Below are positions 13,200 through 22,264 of a stretch of 64,000 bases of DNA, one piece after another; the first letter of the stretch is position 1; each line of letters starts with the position of its first letter. The stretch comes from Antedon mediterranea. Lineage: Eukaryota > Animalia > Echinodermata. The notes under the pieces were generated by a model that ran no database searches, had not been told where the DNA came from, and worked only from the letters and a program-made list of their open reading frames with translations. The stretch spans positions 12,732,101 through 12,796,100 of the forward strand of contig NC_092677.1 in NCBI RefSeq assembly GCF_964355755.1. Direction: 5' to 3'. The translations under genes and the position numbers were made by a program.

Positions 13200-14610
13200 G
13201 ATATCTGGTTGACGTAGCAACAGGTAGATGGAAGGTAGTGCCCCTTGTCCGTAGAGGAGCAGGAGGAAACCCAGGGGTGATTGCTCAACACTTCACCTAC
13301 TCCACCACCAACAGCGGAGGTCAGTGAAACGTTACCGGAGTGGAGACTGCCCTTGCATTGGTGCCAGAACCACCATCAATCACGCCAACAGAAGATGCAT
13401 GACCCCGGCGGAAAAACCTGTGTGTTCCCGGGACGCTTGTACATGCGGTATACAACACGAGGAGGCATGTGTAGTCTCACCATCTTCCCGCATGCTTCAA
13501 GCTGCCGGCCACCCCACAGAAGACGCGAACCAAGCTGTGCCTGCGGTGGAAGTACGGCGCTGAGATTATGGGGAGACCGGAGTCCACCTTAGACGACCTG
13601 GTCACCCAACTAAACAATGAAAAGGCCATCGGTCCACATGTAGGCGGCATCAACCAGAAGACCCGGGACCTGATTTTCGACCTACAAGTGGCAATAGGAG
13701 GTGAGCCGCCGGAGGGTTTACCCTCGTGCCACTCAATCACCTGGTGGCCCTAATCCACTGGCGCTACTGTATATGGGCGCGAAGCCCAGCAAATGGATCT
13801 TGCAAGGATAATCCAGCCACCCGGCCTAAGAATGGCGCACAAACCTCGCCCACCAAAGGAGGCACAGATCACCACCTCCAGGCGGAAGACGAAGAAGGCA
13901 GTACACACTACACCAGGAGAGTTCAATTCCCCTTTCCATCCTATTTGAGACTGTCTTCTCAAGCGACGCTGACGGAGACTTTACTAGCTGAGCCAGCTGG
14001 ATCTCAGACTAAGCCGGTACGACCTGTCGGGGGTGTAGCTATTTTTTGCGACTCTCCCTTCTACCTGTCAGCGGAGGAGATCCATCGCCTTCAGCAAGAT
14101 GGGTATGAGGTCGGGGTCGGGGTGGACCCGAAGGATATATCTCCCAATCAACTCTCCCAGCAATACCTGGGTTGGTGCTCGGGGAGGTTGGCCTGAACCA
14201 CTGTTCCAGTAGCCAATTGGTTCCGACAGGAGATGTTGTGCTGCCTTCTCGCACAGGGTTTTTTCACCACGACATCACCTAGCAATCAGCCTGCACCTAA
14301 GAGACAGTCACAACGATCCAACGGCAGAGACGTGCTACCAGAACGACTTGAACATCTTGCAGCTAGCACGGATTCCAAAAAGTGTTCGCATCCTGCTCCA
14401 CAACTTCTCCTCGACAGTGTTGATGGTCGATAGGTTAAGGAGTGTTTCCCCACTAACCTAACGGTAGGTGGAGCATTTCAACGCCGAACAGAGGGACACG
14501 TGGAGAAATATCTTCCACACTGATGACCGCCGCCTGTTATTGGAGTCTGGAGTGGGTGCACCACATCTGCTATACCCAACTGCAGAGGTAGTTGGAAGAA
14601 TCTTAATTAA
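13200..14610 (+). pseudogene. Retroelement accessory ORF remnant: C2H2-like motif plus TatD-family DNase domain
   Basis: Across frames, in order: FNSPFHP (13922; cf. DxHxH), GVGVDPK (~14112-14133; cf. GxHP), VLGEVGLNH (14175-14201; cf. GExGLD), LHLRD (14291; cf. HxR), RILLHNFS (14387; cf. HxF), RLLLESGVGAPHL (14531; cf. LLETDxPY). Confidence 0.7.
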
Positions 14611-15439
14611 GGAGGCAAGCCCAGTTCAAAAGGCAAGCACAGTTCAAAAGGCAAGCCCAGTTTTGAGTCTTGTTTGTACTCTCGGCCGTTTTACAAAATA
14701 AAAGATAGCCCTGGCCTAGCTAGCCCCTTATAAATATAAGGCTATAAATATGGCATGTAGGCCTACCTAGTTTAGATGACAGATGTACTGTATGTACTGT
14801 AGCCTACTGACTAGGTAGGCTCTAGGCCTAAAAGTAGGCCTAGGTCTAGTAGTAGGGAAAATTTAGTTAGGGCCTAGGCCTAGGCCTGGCCTAGCTAGAT
14901 CAAATTACATTCAAATAGTAGACCTAGATGACAAAAATATGAGCGACAATTCCATTATAATAAGCGAATAATTAATAGTTAATACAATTTATTAGGCCTA
15001 GGCCTATGCCCTAGCTTTACATTTTCCTCTGAGCTGCCGGTTTGTTATGTTATGTTTGTTTATCGTTGTCGTCTGCTGCTGCTGCATGCTGCTCCTGCTG
15101 CTGCGAGGTAGGTAGATTCAGCAGAGCGTACTCACTGGAGTATTCTCTACTTCTCTACGGAGCGCCATTTATGCCTTTATTAACTTCAATAATAGAAATA
15201 GTACTACGGTAACTAAACTGCTCAAGTGGACCCAATTTAGCACCAGGGTAGCGCAGTGATATAAATAGAAATAAAAGTCACTACTTTTAATATCGTTTCG
15301 TTTATACAAATATCACAAACTGACAAACAGAAACATCTTGGCATTCACATTGATTCAAATTTATCTTTTTCTTTTCATTTAAATAAACTCCGTTCCAAAC
15401 TGGGCTTGTCCATCTCCATCTTATCGCGTGCTCGGTCAT

Positions 15440-15720
15440 TTCATTAATAAACACACATCCATACTCATCTACAACACTATAATCCCACACATGATGTAGT
15501 GTTTGGGAATCAGATCGAATATTGACCGAATACAGACCATTCAAAGTAGAACTTCGCATTATCCTTAAAGCTCATCCTCTCACACCACGAACTAACATTT
15601 ACAACACCTTAAATCTTCATACAGTCCAAGATCGCATGCATCTACAACTGGGCTGCCTTGCCTACTGGTCTGCAAATGGTTTTGCTCCGGAATACCTTGC
15701 CCTGCGTCTTGCCCTGCGTC
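15440..15720 (+). mobile_element. LINE (L2/Crack/CR1-group) ORF2 3' fragment
   Basis: Translates across frames as LIYNTIIPH...SVW...DRIQTIQ...RIILKAHPLTP...LNLHTVQDR...NGFAPEYL, resembling the post-RT C-terminal region of L2/Crack ORF2. Confidence 0.6.
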
Positions 15721-17703
15721 TTGCCCATCCCAAAAGAAAAAACTCAACGTTTTGTATATTAGTATTGTAGGCTATATTTTTGTATTTAAGTACATATATA
15801 TTATATATTTTTATATTTTTTAACATAGTTCATCCGTTTTTTCATATATGTTTTTGAATGTCTGCATATGCTGTTTAGGGTCACCCTCACAAAATAAGGT
15901 TTAATAAAAAAATAAAATAGAAATAAAGTCACTAAATTTTAATATCTTTTCGTATGTTAATACAATGTGCTCAAGTGGACCCAATTTGGCCCCAGTGGAG
16001 CACAGTGATATAAAATAGAAATAAAGTCACTAAATTTTAATATCTTTTCGTATAAAACACTGTGCTCAAGTGGACATAATTTGGTACCAGGGGAGCAGTG
16101 ATATAAAATAGAAATAAAGTCACTCAAGTTTCAATCTTTTCGTATGTTAATACACTGTGCTCAAGTGGAACCAATTTGGCGCCTGTGGATTTTTTTTTAA
16201 TGGAAAATAATGAATATTGTTTTTCTTTTATTTTGAAAGAGAGATATTTTGAGGATTGTAATTGTCAAGTGGAACTTTTTTTAAATCAGAAACAAAGTTG
16301 CATGGCATTATTTTCCATTAAATAATCTGCCATAAAACCTCGAAAAGAAGCCCATGTGCTCCTTCATTTTTAGTACTCTTGGGTGGGCTTCTTTTCCACA
16401 TGGAGTTCTTTTCGAGATTACTTTTGCAAACTAAACCAGGGGAACTGCTAACTTCCCGCCCGGAAAATATTGTATTTACATGATTTGAAAAGTATTCTAA
16501 TGTCAATAATTAACAGCATCAAAATTTAACAGTGTGACGTGTTGACCGCGAATGACTAACATACCATCTTTACCATAATACACCTGTACAGACTCATTTG
16601 CATAACAATGCATACACATACCAAACTGTTTAAAACAGAGCTACAAGGTACCCGAAAATGACATCTATTATGTTTTCAAACGATGCATAAGAATCTTCAG
16701 TACCCCACCATGCTTGGGGCTGAGCAAAGACAATTTTGAAAAAAAGAGCTGTATACAGTAGGTTCCCGCCCGAAAAAAATGGCGTTACATGATTTGAATG
16801 AAACAAACTATATAAGACTCACCAGGAAAGTGCACCTAAAATATTATATTAGGTCTCCAGTACTAGCCCATCCATGGTTGAGGCAGAGCAATGAAAATAG
16901 AGCCCAGAAATGCACTTACTTATACTTATTACTATACATAGTCACCTATGATATTTATGATAATGTTAAAATTTCAACTATCCAGATGCGACTTCAACAT
17001 TTTAGGTGGGGTTTTCTACTTTAAAAACTCGACTTCGTATATGCCTATGGCCTAGCCCGGCGCCGGAATTAGTCTAAGCTTCGAAATTGGTCTGGAAATC
17101 GGCTTCTTTGCAAATGTTCTATATTTGATCTTATTTCACTCTCCATTAACCCCATACAAAAACCATCGGAGACTATCTGTTTAAAACATGTTTATTCTGG
17201 GATGGTGCGGCCATACACACTAACTACTATGCAGAATCGGACATTTCGCTACCAATGTTGCAACATTGATTATCAAAATTAAAAATTTAACAGTGGGGCG
17301 CGTTGAACGCGAATGACTAACAATACCAACTTTCCCACTACACCTGCACAAACACATTTGTATAACAACGAACGGCATACCAAACTATGATGACAGATAC
17401 ATTCTCTTCTCAACACGTAACGCGTAACGAAGATAATTAATTCCCTTTTTACATTAAAATTGAGGCCGCTAAACATAAAATTTACTAGATCAAATACATG
17501 TAGCGAAAGCCAACAAAAAAAGAGAGTAAAAATTGTGCTCTCTTTGCCTCAGCACTAAGGCCATGCAGCAGCCTTGGGTTCGTTTCCAACACATCATTAC
17601 CAGATGCATTGCTAGTGCTTTCTCAAGATGTGTGGTGGAAAGGGGGACGTACAATTCTATGAACCCCAAACACAGTGGTCGCATACCTTTAACTCTATTC
17701 CAC

Positions 17704-17776
17704 CGACCAGCGTGGGATTCGAAACCACGACATACGTGTTGTCAACACGGCGCTCAGGCGACTGAGCTAACTGATC
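17704..17776 (-). pseudogene. tRNA-Ile-like sequence with GAC anticodon (head of a longer Pol III-type unit)
   Basis: GATCAGTTAGCTCAGTCGCCTGAGCGCCGTGTTGACAACACGTATGTCGTGGTTTCGAATCCCACGCTGGTCG; 73 nt, foldable as a cloverleaf, lacks the D-loop GG. Confidence 0.7.
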
Positions 17777-17874
17777 ATTTTGGTTTTATCAAGGTGAATA
17801 GGATATTTATGATGTAATGATGAATTACGTAATACACGTATAAATAGACAATTATCAGCTGTTCAGTCATGTTT

Positions 17875-17943
17875 CAGTTTGTGGTGTAACGGGTAATGCT
17901 CAGTTTTGAATGGTATCAGCTGGGGTTCGAACCTCTACGGATA
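17875..17943 (+). pseudogene. Degenerate tRNA-Gln(TTG)-like Pol III cassette
   Basis: A-box TGGTGTAACGG, TTTGAA loop, B-box GGTTCGAACC and a T-run terminator. Copies at ~20856-20924, ~21512-21573 and ~22356-22435. Stems are poorly paired. Confidence 0.5.
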
Positions 17944-18103
17944 TTTTTTTTTATGAATATTGTTTTTTTTTTAAAGAGAGATATTTGGAGGGTTGAAAAT
18001 GTCAGGCCTAGGCGCGGCAAGTGGACCTTAAATCATAAACAAAAGTGTATGCCATTCATTTTTCCATTAAATAGACACCATAACACCCCGAATGTTCCTC
18101 ATT

Positions 18104-18438
18104 TTTACTCGGGGTACCCGAGTCTAGTACTTACTCATTTTCTCCTCCACCATCTGGACACTATTGAGTAAAAAGTGCAATTTTTAAAGTACTACTCCTC
18201 CCTTATTAGTTGTAGTATTGAGCTGGGATTTAGCATGAATATACTACAGGGACATTTCCTCAAATCTATAGAGCCGGATTTTTAGATTTCAAACCGGATG
18301 CAGCCATATAACGTCTCGAAAATGGTACCATATAGCCGTATTTGGTAGGTTATTGATGTGTATGTGACGTCACATCCCGTCTTATGACGTCATTACAGCT
18401 TCATTTGCTGTACCCCGAGTATCGCACATTCGTGCTTT
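18104..18438 (+). mobile_element. Non-autonomous Helentron/DINE-1-like element (copy 1)
   Basis: 5' TACTCGGGGTACCCGAGT palindrome, 3' subterminal GTACCCCGAGTA plus hairpin GCACATTCGTGC, inserted in a T run. Second copy at 18963-19312. Confidence 0.75.
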
Positions 18439-18533
18439 TTACTCGGGGTACCCGAGTCTAGTTTGTTAATTAATTTGTTTAATTAAGAAGCCACAATGTG
18501 TGACACACCACACAGCGTAAGGTAGTTATATAC

Positions 18534-18606
18534 GGCTTCTTGGCGTAGTGGTTATCACGTTTGCTTAACACGCAGAAGGTACCTGGTTCGAACCCGGGCG
18601 AAACCT
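18534..18606 (+). tRNA. tRNA-Val(AAC), probably a pseudogene
   Basis: GGCTTCTTGGCGTAGTGGTTATCACGTTTGCTTAACACGCAGAAGGTACCTGGTTCGAACCCGGGCGAAACC plus T-run. Canonical Val body, but two acceptor-stem mismatches. Confidence 0.8.
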
Positions 18607-18820
18607 TTTTTGTTTTATTTTATGGTGAAAAGTACTGTATACGCAATATGATAATTATACACAGTATATCTTATTTTCATTATTTTTTTAAATAACTATT
18701 TTGTGTAATCGGTAATTATCACTTTTATACATGTTTATTTTGCTTTGTGCTTATTACCATATTTATTTGTAATTTAAATGGATTAAAAAACTTTGTGTAA
18801 CCCACATTTTTAGTGTAAGA

Positions 18821-18898
18821 GGTTTTGTAGTGTAGTGGTTGTCAAGTCTGCTTAACAACACGCAGAAGGTCCCGGTTGTTCGAGCCCTGGCGAAACCT
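18821..18898 (+). pseudogene. tRNA-Val(AAC) pseudogene
   Basis: Same body with an AAC duplication in the anticodon loop (TTAACAACAC) and a GTT insertion in the T arm. The downstream flank is paralogous to that of the 18534 copy. Confidence 0.8.
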
Positions 18899-18962
18899 AT
18901 TTTTCTTTAACTTTATGGTGAAATATACTGTATACGTAATATGATATAGAGTATATCTCGTT

Positions 18963-19312
18963 TTATTACTCGGGGTACCTGAGTCTAGGACTCTCATCTT
19001 TTCCTCTTCTTCTCTACCATCCAGACACTATTGAGCAAAAAGTGCGATTTATAAAGTACTACTCCCCCCTTATTCGTTGTAGTATTGAGCTCGGATTTAG
19101 CATGAATATACTACAGGGACATGTCCTCAAAGCTATAGAGCCGGATTTTTTAATTTCAAACCGGATGCAGCCATATCACGTCTCGAAGATGGTACCGTAT
19201 AGCCGTATTCGGTAGCGCGGTTAGTGATGTGTATGTGACGTTACATCCGGTCTTATGACGTCATTACAGCTTCTTTCGCTGTACCCCGAGTATTGCACAT
19301 TCGTGCTTGTTT
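18963..19312 (+). mobile_element. Non-autonomous Helentron/DINE-1-like element (copy 2)
   Basis: Highly similar to 18104-18438, with the same termini and hairpin. Confidence 0.75.
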
Positions 19313-20684
19313 TTAGTACTCTTGGGTACTGTGGTTTATTTTCAACGGATAAGCTTCTTTTCCACATGGGGTTCTTTTCAAGATTACTTTTGTAAACTAA
19401 AGGAGGGGAGTTTCTAGATTCCCGCCCGGAAAATTGTATCTTTACATGATTTGAATTTCTAATAAAGATTAACAAAATCAAAATTTAACTTTTAAATTTA
19501 ATTTTGTGGCGTGTTCACCGCGTATGACTAACAATACCATCTTCCCCATTACACCTGCACACACTCATTTGCATAACAACGCAGGGCTTGCCAAACTGTT
19601 TAAAATAGCTACAAGGTACCCAGAAATGACACCTATAGTATTTTGAAACATGATATATAAGAGTCTTCACTTCCCCACCATGATTGGGGCTAGCAAAGAC
19701 AATTTTGAACAAAAATATTAATTGAAACAAGAAATAAATATCAAGTCTTCAGTTAAGCTCACCATGGTTGGGGCAGAGCTAAGAATGAAAGCTAAATCCC
19801 CGGAAATTATGAAACGAAATATAAAAGCCTTCAGGAGGACCAGCCATACAATGGTGATTGTTCCAGTGTGAGACATGCAATGCACGCGGCCGACGGTAAT
19901 TCAACAAAACAAAATTATGAAATACAAACAGAGCTAGCACACAAAAGCCTACTTACTAATTCTAATATTTCTATAATTTAGAAAACAATTAGATTTATCA
20001 TATCACCTTTGATAATTATAATGTTAAATTTCTATCCAGATACGAATTTTAGGTTGGGTTTTAAAAAACTCGACTTCATAATTATGCTTCAATTTCGAAG
20101 ATCTGCTTAAAACATATTTATTTATTTATTCTACCATAAACTTTTATTCACAACATATTAGTAGACCTACAATACAATATCTTGCATGAAACGGATATTT
20201 AAAAGTACACTATAATGTGTAACGGTAGAATTACAATTCTAATGTAAAAGATTAACAAAATTAAAATTGAACAGTGTTGTGTGTTGATCACGAATGACTA
20301 ACAATACCATCTTTCCCACAGCACATGTGCACACTCATTTGCATAACAAACGCACGGCATACCAAACTACACGATGAGATAAAATTAATTCTCTTCTAAA
20401 CACGTAACGAAGAGAATTAATTTCTCTTTTTTTTCATTAAATGAATTGAGGGCGCTAAACATAAAATTTAAACCACCAAAGCAGTTTGCCAGAGCCAAAA
20501 AAAAAAGATGGTAAATGTGCTCTCCCTGCCTCAGCACTAAGGCCCTGCCACAGCCTTTTGGGGTCGTTTCCACCACATCACCAGATGCATTGATGTTGTC
20601 GCCTCATGATGTGTGGTGGAAAGGGGGACGTATGATCTGTGAACCCCAAACACAGTGGCTCGCATAGCCTTAACTCTATTCCAC

Positions 20685-20757
20685 CGACCAGCGTGGGAAT
20701 CGAACCCACGACATACGTGTTGTTAACACGACGCTCAGACGACTGAGCTAACTGATC
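20685..20757 (-). pseudogene. tRNA-Ile-like sequence with AAC anticodon
   Basis: GATCAGTTAGCTCAGTCGTCTGAGCGTCGTGTTAACAACACGTATGTCGTGGGTTCGATTCCCACGCTGGTCG; acceptor and T stems pair. Confidence 0.7.
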
Positions 20758-22191
20758 ATTTTGGTGTTAGCAAGGTTAATAAGATATTTATGACGTAATG
20801 ATGAATTACGTAATACACGTATAAATAGACTATTATCGGCTGTTCATTCATGTTTCAGTTTGTGGTGCAACGGGCAATCCTCAGTTTTGAGTGCTATCAG
20901 CTGGGGTTCGAACCTCGACGGATATTTTTTTTCTGAATAATTATTGTTTTTTTTGGGGTTTTTTTTGTATGGCATTCACTTTTCCATTAAAAAGACACCA
21001 TAAAACCTCCAAAAGATCCCATGTGTTCCTCATTTTGTAGTACTTTTGGGTACGGTGGCTTATTTTCAACGGATAAGCTTCTTTTCCAAGTGGAGTTCTT
21101 TTCAAGATTACTTTTGTAAACTAAAGGAGGGGAGTTTCTAGATTCCCGCCCGGAAAATTGTATCTTTACATGATTTGAATTTCTAATAAAGATTAACAAA
21201 ATCAAAATTTAACTTTTAAATTTAATTTTGTTGGCGTGTTCACCGCGTAGGACTAACAATACCATCTTCCCCATTACACCTGCACACACTCATTTGCATA
21301 ACAACGCAGGGCTTGCCAAACTGTTTAAAATAGCTACAAGGTCCCCAGAAATGACACCTGTAGTATTTTGAAACATTAAGAGTCTTCACTTCCCCACCAT
21401 GATTGGGGCTGAGCAAAGACACTTTTGAACAAAAATATTAATTGAAACATGAAATTACATATCAAGTCTTCAGTTAAGCTCACCATGGTTGGGGCAGAGC
21501 TAAGAATGAAATGGTGCAACGTGTAATGCTCAGTTTTGACTGCTATCGGCTGGGGTTCGAACCTTGACGAATATTTTTTTTTTTAATATTGTTTTTTTTA
21601 AAATAGAGATATGTGACACAGTATTGTCGAACATGTATGGTACCATACCGGTAGGTATTCAATGCTTAATACGAAAAGATATTAAAATTCAGTGACTTAT
21701 TTCTATTTTATATCACTGTGCTCCACTGGCTCCAAGTTGGGTCCACTTGAGCACAGTGTATTAACATACGAAAAGATATTAAAATTCTGTAAATTATTTC
21801 TATTTTATATCACTGTGGTCGCCTGTTGCCAAATTGAGTACACTTGAGTACATTGTATTAAAATACGAAAAGATATTAACATTCAGTGACTTATTTCTAT
21901 ATTTTATATCATTTATGTGACTATATAAATAAATGCAATTACTTTTAAAATTGAGGGCGGCAAACTTATTTACGAGATCGAATACATGTTGAAAAAAAAA
22001 TGAAATAAAAAAAAAAAGATGTTAAATGTGCTTTCCCTCCCCCTAAGGCCCTGCCACAGCCTTTTGGGGTCATTTCCAGCACATCACCAGATGCATTGAT
22101 GTTGTCGCCTCATGATGTGTGGTGGAAAGGGGGAAGTATCATTCTGTGAACCCCAAACACCGTTGGTCGCATACCTTTAACTCTATTTCAC

Positions 22192-22264
22192 CGACCAGCG
22201 TGGGAATCGAACCCACGGCATACGTGTTGTCAACACGACCTTCAGGGGACTGAGCTAACTGGTC
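22192..22264 (-). pseudogene. tRNA-Ile-like sequence with GAC anticodon
   Basis: GACCAGTTAGCTCAGTCCCCTGAAGGTCGTGTTGACAACACGTATGCCGTGGGTTCGATTCCCACGCTGGTCG; D arm degraded. Confidence 0.65.

Larger units (their letters stand above)
11082..14700 (+). mobile_element. Degenerate Gypsy/Ty3-type LTR retrotransposon (gag knuckle, protease, integrase, accessory TatD-like ORF); boundaries approximate
   Basis: GC-rich island. Gag CCHC VCYECREPGHFRKDCP at 11582-11630; protease-like AAVDMAA at ~11895; integrase CEVC...GNVYILMMVDQFTKWVEASPLP...QLHSDQGSYFES at 12500-12786. Many stops/frameshifts; no RT/RNaseH or 3' LTR recognised. Confidence 0.85.

Noticed and set aside
15120-15137. Target-site duplication for the foldback element
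   Set aside because: The left flank (ctcactg) and right flank (taccgcc) share no convincing direct repeat, so no superfamily is assigned.
20497-20684. Trailer as a known ncRNA (7SL, RNase P/MRP, telomerase, U snRNA)
   Set aside because: No diagnostic motifs recognised by eye (no telomeric template, SRP helix 8, Sm site or P4 consensus); left unassigned pending an Rfam search.
19221-21422. Duplicated minus-strand ORFs (MILLIFIRNSNHVK..., ...SPNHGGEVKTL...)
   Set aside because: They reflect the duplicated 1.76-kb unit; frames are not preserved among copies and there are no recognisable domains.
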